Positions 36,902 to 46,392 are shown, numbered from the stretch's first letter. The stretch: 64,000 nt of DNA from Thermoproteota archaeon (GCA_027491915.1 JAOZGC010000002.1:480001-544000), one strand, 5' to 3'. Program-made: numbers and translations. The notes: generated from the letters alone by a model not told the origin.

Positions 36902-37258
36902 ATGCCTGGTCCCGGGCGGGGGTGGAGGTGGAGGGCCGGGAGGAGGCTCTTCGGGATCCACCCGACCTTGGTCCTGCTGATGATATCGAGGGGCGCCACG
37001 AACGGGTACGAGATAAGGAGGAGGATAGAGGAGATCACTGGGCAGCCTCTGCCGGAGGGATTCGTCTACGTCACCCTGGGGAGGCTCGAGTCCTCGGGCC
37101 TGGTGGTCTCCTCCCCCGTCCCCGGGGACCCCAGGGGGAAGAGGTTCTACAGGCTCACCCCGGCCGGGTGGCAGGCCCTGGCGGTCAGGATGGCGGAGCT
37201 CAGGGGGATGAGGGACTTCATAGACAGGGTTCTCTCCCTCTACGAGGGGGGGACCTAG
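36902..37258 (+). CDS. PadR-family transcriptional regulator
   Basis: NGYEI..G.VY..L.RLE..GLV..KRFYRLTPAG. Confidence 0.9.
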   Translation: MPGPGRGWRWRAGRRLFGIHPTLVLLMISRGATNGYEIRRRIEEITGQPLPEGFVYVTLGRLESSGLVVSSPVPGDPRGKRFYRLTPAGWQALAVRMAELRGMRDFIDRVLSLYEGGT

Positions 37259-37345
37259 GGCCCGTCGGATTGGCAGAACCCGGAATGGGTCGGGGAAAAA
37301 GAGGGGGGGAATAAGGGAAGTCGAGGGGGTGGTGGAGTGCCCCCC

Positions 37346-38008
37346 TCAGACCTTCTTGTAGCAGAGCCACCAGTCCTTGCACTCGATCTTGCCAGCCTTG
37401 GCGTCCTCGAGCCTCTGCTTGGCGGTCTCCTCGTCGGAGGCTGGAGGCACTATCACCTTGTCCCCTATTATCTCGTTGTTTGGCCAGTTGGCCGGCATGG
37501 CGACGCCGTTCTTGTCAGAGACCTGGAGCGCCTTCACTATCCTCAGGATCTCGTCCATGTTCCTGCCCAGCTCCTGGGGGTAGTAGAGGACTACCCTGAG
37601 GATCCCCTCCGGGTCCACCACGAAGACGGCCCTGACGGTGTTGGTCCCCTTCCCGGGGTGGATCATCCCCAGCATCTTGGCTATGCTGCCCATGTCGTCG
37701 GCTATTATCGGGAACTTGATCTCCTCACCCAGGTTCTCCTTTATCCACTCGACCCACTTTATGTGGCTGAAGACCTGGTCGATGCTCAGGCCTATCAGCT
37801 CGCAGTTGAGCTCCTTGAACTGGTCGTACCTCTTCTGGAAGGCGAAGAACTCGGTGGTGCACACGGGGGTGAAGTCGGCCGGGTGGGAGAAGAGGATGAA
37901 CCACTTCCCCTTGAAGTCGTCCGGTATCCGGATCTTCCCGTGGGTGGTCTGCGCCTCGAAGCTCGGGAACTTCTCCCCGAGCAGCGGGAACCTGATCTCC
38001 TCGCTCAT
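37346..38008 (-). CDS. Peroxiredoxin (archaeal Prx6/AhpC type)
   Basis: [34 protein letters not shown] and C-terminal [10 protein letters not shown]. Confidence 0.96.
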   Translation of the reverse strand: MSEEIRFPLLGEKFPSFEAQTTHGKIRIPDDFKGKWFILFSHPADFTPVCTTEFFAFQKRYDQFKELNCELIGLSIDQVFSHIKWVEWIKENLGEEIKFPIIADDMGSIAKMLGMIHPGKGTNTVRAVFVVDPEGILRVVLYYPQELGRNMDEILRIVKALQVSDKNGVAMPANWPNNEIIGDKVIVPPASDEETAKQRLEDAKAGKIECKDWWLCYKKV

Positions 38009-38018
38009 GCTCTCACCC

Positions 38019-38081
38019 ATGTTAGGGCAATCTAACATTTAGATCGAGACTAATAAATGTTAGGTTCGATTATAGAACCTA
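38019..38081. promoter_or_regulatory. Peroxiredoxin promoter with interlocking inverted repeats
   Basis: ATGTTAG-N6-CTAACAT, CTAACATTTA-N12-TAAATGTTAG and TAGGTTC-N7-GAACCTA. Confidence 0.65.
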
Positions 38082-38552
38082 CGCGTTCCCCGTCCCGGCA
38101 GACCCCTCGGCCGAGATCCCGAGGTTGTTCCGGAGGAACCTCTCCAGGTGCCTCCTGCTCAGGGTGTACCTCACCCCGAACCTGCCCTTGAGGGGCAGCC
38201 TGATCAGGTTCCAGAGGAGTCTGAGCACCTCCAGGGGCCCCCTCTCGGAGGGGCCGAGCCTCAGCGCCCCGGTGGGACAGGCCTGGAGGCAGATTAGGCA
38301 CCCCAAGCACAACTCCGGGTGGGCCACGACGGGCCTCGGGAGCGTCCTCTCCGGCAGCCAGAAGAAGTTGGCGCGCACGGGGCGGACCTCCCACACCTCG
38401 TCCCCACGCGGGCACGCGGTGATGCACTCCTCCCCGCCGCCGCAGGCCGCGTAGTATATGGTCAGGCTTACGGGGGCCTCGGAGGGGCTCCGGGTCCGCT
38501 CGCCCCGGGCCCGGCCCGGTGCCCCCGACCTCGCGCCCCCCTCCCGGGTCAC
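38079..38552 (-). CDS. Ferredoxin-like protein coupled to the geranylgeranyl reductase gene
   Basis: CGGGEECITACP and CLGCLICLQACP motifs; GTGA overlap with the GGR stop codon. Confidence 0.75.
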   Translation of the reverse strand: MTREGGARSGAPGRARGERTRSPSEAPVSLTIYYAACGGGEECITACPRGDEVWEVRPVRANFFWLPERTLPRPVVAHPELCLGCLICLQACPTGALRLGPSERGPLEVLRLLWNLIRLPLKGRFGVRYTLSRRHLERFLRNNLGISAEGSAGTGNA

Positions 38553-39904
38553 AGGGAGCCGAGCCACCCCTCCACCTCCTCGAACAGCGAGGCCTCCCTC
38601 GCCCTCCAAGACTCGAATCCCTCTGGAGAGTCGGGAAACTCCCCGTACAGCGATATGGCCGCGTCCATGTAGTCCTTCAGCCTCCTGAGCTGGCCGAGTA
38701 TGGACGGCCTCCTGAGGAGTCTCAGCCCGGCGGATATCCTCCCGACCAGTTCTCCGCTGAGCCTGCCCCTGCTGCCGAAGTCGTACACGTCCTCCCCGGT
38801 GACCACCCCCGACGATATGAGGAAGTTCAGGTCGTCGTCGCTCAGCCTCTGCATGTACATCCTGAGCACGTCTAAACCGGCCTGCTTCGCCCCATAGAGG
38901 GCGTGGTACCTCTTGTGATAACCCCACAGCCTCCTCAGGGACCAGTCCCCCTCGGACAGGGCCTCGACCGCCGTCTCCGCCGCGGCCCTCGCGCTGAGCA
39001 TGCTGGGCCCTATCCCCCCTCCGTGTATGGGGTTCGCGGCGCATATGGCGTCCCCCAGGGCCATGAAGCCGTGCCAGGCCATGCAGGGGATCGGCCTCCT
39101 GGTCGGAACTATCCCTCCCCCGGCGTGGATCACCTCGGATACCCGGTACCTGGGCCTCACCTCGCCGTAGTACCTCTCCCTGGGGTTCGGGTTCCCCTCC
39201 CTCCACTGGACCCCGATCCCCACGTTCAGCCTGTTTCCGCCCTTGTGGAAGGACCACCAGTACCCGCCCGGGGCGATGGACTGGCTGAGGTAGATCACGG
39301 CGTATCCTCTTTCCCTCTCCGGGACCTCCTCGACCACCAGGTTCTCCCTGAAGGCCACGTTGTAGTCCTCCCTGGGGGGCCTCCCGGAGACCCACCACCC
39401 CCCGGGCAGCGAGGTCCTGAGCTTGGCCGTCACCCCGGTGGCGTCCACGGTGATCTTGGCCCTGAACCTCTTGGCCTCCCCGGACCGCAGGTCCCTGACC
39501 TCGACCCCGACGACCCTGTTCCCCTCCGTCAGCGGGGCGACGGCGTGGTGCTCCGCGAACACCTCGGCCCCCTCGGACTCGGCCATCCGGATCATCCTCT
39601 GGCCGAAGGCGTGCCTGTTCAGGGCGTACCCCCTGCCGCCGACCACCAGGTGGTCCTCCTCGTTGGGGGCGAACACCTTCACCCCCACGAACTCCCCCTC
39701 GGACTCGGCCCCGGACGGGTGGGGGATCCCCAGGGCGTCGAAGTGCCTGGAGTCTATGGCGTCCCCGCAGACCTTGAGTCCTATGAGATCCCTGGGGTTC
39801 ATGTCGATCAGGGCCACGTCCAGCCCCTCCCTGGCAATCAGGTAGGCGGCCGTGGCCCCGCCCGTGCCGCCGCCCGCCACCACCACGTCGTACTCCGGCT
39901 CCAT
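38549..39904 (-). CDS. Geranylgeranyl reductase (DGGGPL reductase family)
   Basis: YDVVVAGGGTGG, KVCGDA, VDATG, APGGYWWSF and GDA..ANPIHGGGI motifs. Confidence 0.92.
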   Translation of the reverse strand: MEPEYDVVVAGGGTGGATAAYLIAREGLDVALIDMNPRDLIGLKVCGDAIDSRHFDALGIPHPSGAESEGEFVGVKVFAPNEEDHLVVGGRGYALNRHAFGQRMIRMAESEGAEVFAEHHAVAPLTEGNRVVGVEVRDLRSGEAKRFRAKITVDATGVTAKLRTSLPGGWWVSGRPPREDYNVAFRENLVVEEVPERERGYAVIYLSQSIAPGGYWWSFHKGGNRLNVGIGVQWREGNPNPRERYYGEVRPRYRVSEVIHAGGGIVPTRRPIPCMAWHGFMALGDAICAANPIHGGGIGPSMLSARAAAETAVEALSEGDWSLRRLWGYHKRYHALYGAKQAGLDVLRMYMQRLSDDDLNFLISSGVVTGEDVYDFGSRGRLSGELVGRISAGLRLLRRPSILGQLRRLKDYMDAAISLYGEFPDSPEGFESWRAREASLFEEVEGWLGSL

Positions 39905-39980
39905 GACGACCACCGCCAGGTGCGCCGAGGGAACCAGGTGCGTCAGGTTAAAATGGGGGTGGTGAGACCCGGGGAACCAG

Positions 39981-40412
39981 GTGGTCCCCCTGGAACTCGA
40001 CCTCGCCGACGAGATCCGGTCCCTGGTGGAGGAGAGGATCGACCACACTGTGAGGGGGATAGAGGAGACCCTCAGGACGGTCCTGGAGAGGGGGAGCTTC
40101 TCCGAGGGGGAGCTCGTGGATGCCCTGGGGAGGCTCCAGTCCGCCTTCTCCCTGCTGTCCCAGAAGTGGGTCCTCCCGATACTCCTCCTCCTGCTGCTGG
40201 GGGGGGAGACCAGGTTCGGGGCGATCAGGAGGACCCTGGGGATAGGGTCCAGGGTCCTTACGGACAAGCTCAGGTCCCTCCAGGCCGCCGGCCTGGTCAG
40301 CAGGAGGGTGGACCCGGGGCCCCCGGTGTCCGCGTGGTACCGCCTGACGGGGAGGGGGAGGGAGCTGGCCCTCCTGTCGGTGCCTCTCCTCTACAGGGCG
40401 GCCGGGGGGTGA
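39981..40412 (+). CDS. HxlR-family winged-helix regulator
   Basis: KWVLPIL..RF..I.SRVLTDKLRSL..GLVSR..PP..YRLT..G. Confidence 0.88.
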   Translation: MVPLELDLADEIRSLVEERIDHTVRGIEETLRTVLERGSFSEGELVDALGRLQSAFSLLSQKWVLPILLLLLLGGETRFGAIRRTLGIGSRVLTDKLRSLQAAGLVSRRVDPGPPVSAWYRLTGRGRELALLSVPLLYRAAGG

Positions 40413-40436
40413 CGGCGCCTGCCGGACCCTGGGGAG

Positions 40437-41186
40437 GTGGCGGAGGGCCTCCCCGAGACGGATGCCCTCTACCTGAGGGATTCCTACCTGAGATCCTGCT
40501 CGGCCCGGGTCATCCGGATCTCGGTCGGGAGGGGACGTAGGAGGTACCTGGCGCTGGATAGGACCGTCTTCCACCCGCTGTCCGGGGGGCAGCCCAGCGA
40601 CGTCGGGGTGATCAGGGGAGAGGGGTTCGAGCTCTCGGTGAGGAAGACCCTCCTAAGACGCGGAGTTGTGATCCACTTCGGCCTCCTCTCCGGTCGGGAG
40701 CCCGCCGAGGGGGACGAGGTGAGGTGCGCGCTGGACTGGGGGAGAAGGTACCGGGTGATGAGGCTGCACACCGCGGGCCACATACTGGACGCGGCGGTCT
40801 CCCCCCACTACGGGAGGGTCGTGAGGACGCTGGGCGCCATGCACGGCCCGCCCGACCCGCACGTCGACTACGGCGCCGAGACCCCTCCGCCCGATCTCAT
40901 CCCGTCGATCGAAGAGCGAGCCAACGACATCGTCTCGGCCGACCTGAGGGTGAGGGTGACTTTCGTCGCCCGGGAGGAGACCGCGGGGGCGATCCGCTGG
41001 GCTCCCAACCTGGAGAGGCTGCCGCCGTCCCGGGTCTACAGGGTGGTGGAGATAGGGGGCGTGAACGCCGTCCCCTGCACCGGGACCCACGTGGCCAGGA
41101 CCGGGGAGGTGGGGAGGATAAGGGTTCTGGGGGCAGATCCCGTGGACAGGGGGTTCAGGCTCTCCTACGACGTCTCCCGGGACTGA
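40437..41186 (+). CDS. alaX: Alanyl-tRNA editing protein AlaX(M)
   Basis: LYLRDSY, LDRTVFHP..GGQPSD, MRLHTAGH and PCTGTHV (HxxxH plus CxxxH). Confidence 0.92.
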   Translation: MAEGLPETDALYLRDSYLRSCSARVIRISVGRGRRRYLALDRTVFHPLSGGQPSDVGVIRGEGFELSVRKTLLRRGVVIHFGLLSGREPAEGDEVRCALDWGRRYRVMRLHTAGHILDAAVSPHYGRVVRTLGAMHGPPDPHVDYGAETPPPDLIPSIEERANDIVSADLRVRVTFVAREETAGAIRWAPNLERLPPSRVYRVVEIGGVNAVPCTGTHVARTGEVGRIRVLGADPVDRGFRLSYDVSRD

Positions 41187-41238
41187 GATCCTCTGATCTG
41201 GGGGGGAGAGGAGGGGGGAGGGAGAGGGGGAGGGGGGA

Positions 41239-43156
41239 TCAGTCCCCCCCGTACCTGCGCCTCAGCTCCTCGTAGACCTCCCTCGATATCTCTCCAGCCC
41301 GATACCTCCTCTCTATGAGCTCGAGCATCTGCCTATCTTCCCCTCTCCTCCCGGCCTGGGGGGCCCCTCTGGGGGCCGACCTGGATCTGCGGACGAGGAC
41401 GAAGGCGGCCGCCGCGGCGGGCGCCCCCGCGCCGCGGGGGGGAAACCAACCCCCCAAAGGGGGCCCCCCCCACCCCCCCCCCCCAGGGGGGGCCCCCCCG
41501 GGGGGCGGGGGGGGGGCGGGTGGTGTTGGGGGGGTGGTGGTGGGGGGGGGCGCGGGGGGGGGCGCCCGCGGCCGCGGCGGCTATAACCAACCCACTAGAG
41601 GGGCCACCAGCCTCCCCTCCCCCACTTGGAGGGCCCGCCGGGGGCTGCGATGGCTGCTGAGACGGCTGCTGAGACGGCTGCTGCGATGGCTGCTGACCCG
41701 GCTGCTGAGACGGCCCAACCGACGCCCTCGGGGTGGACCCGTACTCGTACGGACCGATGTCCGGTCCGCCGCCCACAGGCCTCTCCCCAAACTCAAGATC
41801 GTATGGAGGGAAGAACTCCGGGTCCCCCGCGTCTATAGCAGGGCTATCGGGCGAGAGGTGGAAGTCGTCGGAGTCCGGGTCGACGAACTTCGGATCGGCC
41901 ACCAAGCTGTGCGCGCCGTTCCCGCTCGCCTGGGTCCAAGAGCCGGAGGTCATGTCGTCCCAGGTCACGTCCACCTGGTCACGCTCGAGCCAGATCTCGG
42001 AGTCGCTCCTGCTGTACCATATATTGTAATCCTCGGTGAGGCTGACCCCCGAACCCACGTAAATCCCGACCGGGGCGTCGCTGGGGCCGTTGAACGCGAA
42101 TATGGAGTTTCTTATCTCCACCCACAGGTCGTCCTGAGGGTCGAGCGGCTCGGGCTCCGGGTAGCCCGCGCTCAGCGAGTAGGCCCTGTTCTCCACCGAG
42201 TTGAAGGCCACCATCGAGTTGTAGACATAATAATATCCATTGTAGACGAAGTCTATACCCATTAGACCGTTCCTGTATATGGCGGTGTTCTGTATAGTCC
42301 CTCCGGTCCAGAGCTTTACCCCCTCCATCCCGTTGTGGTGCACCTTGCACCTGAACACCCCTACCCCTACCCCTCCTATGCCGGAGAGGTTAATCAGCGG
42401 GTTCCTGGACCCTATGTCTATCCCGTCTCCCCCGTTGTGGTGGACGTCGCATGCGAGCACATATATGTCGGAGCCCATCTCTACGCTGACGCCGTCCGCC
42501 CCGAACCCGGCCTCGGCCCCGTTGCCGTATATGGAGTCGTAGGACAGCTCTATGTCACTGCACGGGCCCGGGGTGCAGTCCACCCCCCCAATGTCGTTGT
42601 CGTGGATCACGCAGTTCTCTATGGTCACGTTGTCCACGGGCCCGAACATGGGCTCCTCCCCGCTGTAACCCACCGTCATGTGTATTCCGGTGTCCGAGTT
42701 GGAGACATCGAGGTTGTAGAGCCCTATGTGACTGTTCCCCCCGTCGAGGGAGACGGCCCAGATGTCGCAGCCAGTGAGCCTGAGGTTGGCCAGGTTGACG
42801 TAGGAGACCCCCGGCCTGAACATCACCCCGTTGGACCCGAACCCGGACAGGTCCAGGACGACCGTCTCTCCCGGGGCGCCGGTTATGTTTATAGGAGCGC
42901 CCGGGGCACCGGAGACGTTTATCTCCACCAGCTCGTGGTAGGTCCCCCCGTGGATCACGAGGACGTCTCCGGGCCTGAGGGCGGCGACCCCCCGGGACAC
43001 GGTGGCCCACGGCTGGGACTCGGTCCCGGGGTTGGAGTCGCTCCCGGAAGGAGACACGTGGTACACGTGCCCCTGCCCCTCGATCCCGCGGCCCGCCGAT
43101 GGCGCCAGGAGGAGGGCTAGGAGCAGGGCCGAAGCGGCGAGCGACCTCGCTCCCAT
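41239..43156 (-). CDS. Secreted/membrane-anchored right-handed beta-helix protein with QQPS linker, TM anchor and SHOCT-like tail (frame broken by a probable assembly artefact)
   Basis: Signal peptide, YHVSPSGSDSNPGT..PW, Asn/Gly parallel beta-helix repeats, DPKFVD..DFHL..SPAIDAG..PDIGPYEY. The tail LELIERRYRAGEISREVYEELRRR lies in the adjacent frame. Confidence 0.75.
41643..41714. repeat. 12-bp tandem repeat (GGCTGCTGNNNN, about 5.5 units) encoding (S/G)QQP
   Basis: ggctgctgagac, ggctgctgcgat and ggctgctgaccc units read directly. Confidence 0.9.
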
Positions 43157-43264
43157 TACAACATTTCGACGTCCTTTCAATATAACGATTAGTCCGCCGG
43201 GAGGGGCCCGTCCGGGTCCCCCCACTTATATCCGGAGGGCCGGCCCGGCGGCGGGGGAGCGAGA

Positions 43265-43846
43265 ATGCCCGAGAGGGGGGAGGTCGAGCGGAGGCTCAGG
43301 AGGTTCCTGAAGAACGCTGCCTGGCTGGCCCTCTCCCTGATCCTGCTCGTGGGCATGGACCTCGCCCTCGGCGGGATCAGGTTCAGGGCGTTCGGCGTTG
43401 AGCTCGATACCACCGAGGTGATAGGGGTCTTCAGGCTCATGTCCATAATATACTTCGGCTACTGGGTCCTGAGGGACGGCCTCTACCTGCTGGACCTGAC
43501 GGCGGGGCTGCTGACCGAGGCCCTGGAGCTCGGGGAGGCCGGCGGCCCCAGGAGGATAGGGCTGGACGTCCTCTACCTGATATCCCTCGGGCTCGGGTGG
43601 CTGGCGGCCTCGCCCTTCCTGGGGATCCTACCGGAGCTCGCCTCCAGGGCGGCGGCCCTCGCCTTCCTCTCCCTGGCCGTGGTGTTCGTCTACGACGCGG
43701 TCAAGACCTCGTACTCCCTCATAAGGTCTCGGGTGGAGGCCCTGGTGGAGGTCGCCGCGGGCGTCCTGTCGGAGGTCAGGGGAGGGGGCCGAGGGAAAGG
43801 GGTGGGGGATCAGAGTGCCCCTGAGAGGCGGAGGAGGACCAGGTAA
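43265..43846 (+). CDS. Hypothetical membrane protein, paralog of the IPCT/DIPPS C-terminal domain
   Basis: About four TM segments; aligns by eye with 28385-28901 (GEVE..L, YFGY, DL..G.L, YD..K..Y). Confidence 0.75.
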   Translation: MPERGEVERRLRRFLKNAAWLALSLILLVGMDLALGGIRFRAFGVELDTTEVIGVFRLMSIIYFGYWVLRDGLYLLDLTAGLLTEALELGEAGGPRRIGLDVLYLISLGLGWLAASPFLGILPELASRAAALAFLSLAVVFVYDAVKTSYSLIRSRVEALVEVAAGVLSEVRGGGRGKGVGDQSAPERRRRTR

Positions 43847-45105
43847 ACGTCGCTCAGCGTCAGCTGGAGGAGGGTCAGCTTGCCGCCCTCCCTCGTGAAG
43901 TCCATGGGACTGAACCCCGGCACCTCCCTCTCCAGTATCCCCACGGCTACGAGGGAGGGGGGAGAGGCGAAGTAGGTGAGGCTCCCCCCCACGTTCGCCC
44001 CGGCCGCCACCGCCCATGCCGCCGCGCGCACGTCGGGGGCCGCCAGGGGGGATGCGCTCTCTATCAGGGAGGCGAATGTCAGGGCAACCGGCACGTTGTC
44101 CACCAGCCCGCTGGTGAGGCCCGAGGCCCATAGCACGGCCGAGGTCAGGGCGGCCCCGCCGGCGGACCACACGGGGCCGGCAGCCCGGGCCAGGACCTCC
44201 AGGGCCCCCGACTCCTCCAGCCCCCCGACCACCACGTAGAAGGAGGCCAGGAAGAACACGGTGGACCAGTCCACCCTCGAGAATATCCGCTCCGGATCTC
44301 CCCCGCACGCCCAGAGCATCAGGGCCGCCGCCAGCAGCGCGGCGGCGTCCATGGGGAGGCCCGGGGGCTGGGCCACGACGACGGCCACGAAGCCGGCGAA
44401 TATCGCCGCCGCCCTAACCATGATCCCCGCGCTCTCCGCGGCGCCCCACGGATCTATCTCCCGGACGTCCACCCGGGGAGGGCCTGAGTACAGATCCCCG
44501 GACGCCACCCCGACGGCGGCCGTCGCGGCCGTGAGGAGGACGGCCAGGGGGCCGCCCACCGTCAGGAACTGGCCGAAGTCCATCCCGAAACGCAGGGCCA
44601 CTATCAGGTTGGGCACGCTGCTTATCATCAGGCCCACGGCCCCGCCGTTGCAGACCGCCGCCTCGTAGACCACCCACTTCCTGAGGTTCAGCCCCAGGGG
44701 CCCGGCGAGGGAGGCCGTCATGGCCCCGACCACGAGCATGGCCGGCAGGTTCGCCAGGAAGAGGGTGACCGCCAGCGAGAGGAACATGAAGGCGACGAAG
44801 AGGACCTCCCTCCTGCCGCCGAGGACCCTGACCAGCCACAGGCCGGCGAACTGGAACAGCCCGGACTCGTAGAGTCCCTCGACCAGGATCAGGACCCCGA
44901 CCACGAACCTGAGCGTTACCATGTCGACGAAGCCGAAGGCGTCCTCCGGCCGGAACAGGCCGTAGACGAAGGAGCCGAAGTAGACCATCAGGCCGGCCGC
45001 CACCATGGCCGAGACGACCCTGTGGTACTTCTCGGTCAGCAGCAGGACCACCGCCAGGGCGAACACCCCCAGGGCCGCCAGCTGGGGATCCGTCAGCCCC
45101 GTCAT
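43810..45105 (-). CDS. ArsB/NhaD/SLC13 (IT superfamily) permease
   Basis: SGLFQ, FLAN, NGGA..PNLIV, VDWSTVFF, SGLVDNVP and ANVGGSLT motifs. Confidence 0.88.
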   Translation of the reverse strand: MTGLTDPQLAALGVFALAVVLLLTEKYHRVVSAMVAAGLMVYFGSFVYGLFRPEDAFGFVDMVTLRFVVGVLILVEGLYESGLFQFAGLWLVRVLGGRREVLFVAFMFLSLAVTLFLANLPAMLVVGAMTASLAGPLGLNLRKWVVYEAAVCNGGAVGLMISSVPNLIVALRFGMDFGQFLTVGGPLAVLLTAATAAVGVASGDLYSGPPRVDVREIDPWGAAESAGIMVRAAAIFAGFVAVVVAQPPGLPMDAAALLAAALMLWACGGDPERIFSRVDWSTVFFLASFYVVVGGLEESGALEVLARAAGPVWSAGGAALTSAVLWASGLTSGLVDNVPVALTFASLIESASPLAAPDVRAAAWAVAAGANVGGSLTYFASPPSLVAVGILEREVPGFSPMDFTREGGKLTLLQLTLSDVYLVLLRLSGAL

Positions 45106-45437
45106 TCGAGACTACCCGCCCACTCCCTGATCAGCCTGGAGAGCCCGTCCCCGAACCTCGGGTCGTCCAGGATCCCCTCCAGCTCCGCGGGATCGATCCC
45201 CCCCACCTCGACCAGGGCGATTATCAGGGTCCTCCTCCCTCCACCCCTCTTCTCCCTCAGGTAGAGTCGGGCAAGCCTGGAGACGTGCCTCGAGAAGTCC
45301 TCATCGTCCCTCAGGGCCTCCAGATCCTCCAGGGAGAGATCCTCCGGCTTCCAGATCCTGACCTTCACGTAGGGCCTGACGGCCCTGTCTATCCTCTCCC
45401 TGGCCTCCTCGTAGTCCCTCGCCCTCCCGCCGACCAA
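45102..45437 (-). CDS. Hypothetical protein
   Basis: Genome-typical codon use; ATGA overlap with the permease gene. Confidence 0.6.
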   Translation of the reverse strand: MVGGRARDYEEARERIDRAVRPYVKVRIWKPEDLSLEDLEALRDDEDFSRHVSRLARLYLREKRGGGRRTLIIALVEVGGIDPAELEGILDDPRFGDGLSRLIREWAGSLE

Positions 45438-45501
45438 GGCCAGCCCCCCAAGTCGGGGTGGAGTGGGGGGATCTTATTATACCCTGGACCGGGCGGCCAG
45501 G

Positions 45502-46392
45502 TCAGGCCAGCCTCCACAGGAGGCCCCTGGGCCCGGCCACCGGCGAGACCGTCCCATCCTCGGCCATGTAGCCCAGGGCCGACCTGACCGTGACCGATCC
45601 CAGTATCACGGAGGACGGGGTCAGCTCCGCGCCCCCCTCCAGGAGGATCCTGGCGGTGACCTCCCCGGCCGAGGCCGGCCCCGCCCTCAGGGCGGACTCT
45701 ATCTTCCCCGGGAGGCCCTCCAAGATCCTGAGGTTGACCTCCAGCATCCTCTCGGCGGCCGCCCCATCCACAACGGGGCCGTGGGAGGGGACCAGCTTCT
45801 CGTAGTCCCTGACCCCATCCAAGAGCCACCTCACGGTATCCAGGGCACCCCGGAAATCCAGGTGATACGGTATCACTGCCCTGGCCAGCAGCCTGTCCCC
45901 GAAGAAGGAGTCGGCCGCGTACAGGATGCCGTCGGGGGTGACGAACCCGGCCATGCCGAAGGTGTGCCCCCTCAGCGGGACGGTCTCCAGGGGGCCCAGC
46001 CTGTCGCCGTGCCGGAAGGTGCCGTCCGGCCGGGCGGGCACCGCCTCCACGTGGTAGACGAGCCCCTCGGGCGCCCTGGCCCCGAAGCTCATCGCCCTCC
46101 TGAGCCCGGGGCTTATCGCCGGGGAGTACTCCTCCTCCGGGCAGAGGACTGGGACCCCCGCGGCCGCCGCGAGGTCTGGGACGGCCGCCACGTGGTCCGA
46201 GTGGGAGTGGCTTATGGCCGCCAGGGCCGCCCTCACCCCAAGGGAGGACAGGGCCCCGACCACCTCCCGGGCCCTCGACCTGGGCTGGCCCGGGTCCACC
46301 AGCCATCCCTCGCCGCCGGACGCGTAGATCAGGGTGGCCGGGGAACCCGGGAGGACGTAGGTCCCCTCCCCAACCCTCCTGAGCCTCGACAT
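45502..46392 (-). CDS. Metallo-beta-lactamase fold hydrolase
   Basis: LVDPG, SHSHSDH, GHT, ADS and PSHG motifs. Confidence 0.9.
   Translation of the reverse strand: MSRLRRVGEGTYVLPGSPATLIYASGGEGWLVDPGQPRSRAREVVGALSSLGVRAALAAISHSHSDHVAAVPDLAAAAGVPVLCPEEEYSPAISPGLRRAMSFGARAPEGLVYHVEAVPARPDGTFRHGDRLGPLETVPLRGHTFGMAGFVTPDGILYAADSFFGDRLLARAVIPYHLDFRGALDTVRWLLDGVRDYEKLVPSHGPVVDGAAAERMLEVNLRILEGLPGKIESALRAGPASAGEVTARILLEGGAELTPSSVILGSVTVRSALGYMAEDGTVSPVAGPRGLLWRLA

Noticed and set aside
41420-41567. Poly-G/C tract as a phase-variation switch or G4 element
   Set aside because: Better explained as a corrupted duplicate of the neighbouring sequence.
41643-41714. Short direct repeats as a CRISPR array
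   Set aside because: 12-bp coding tandem repeat with no spacers; no CRISPR array or cas genes in the window.
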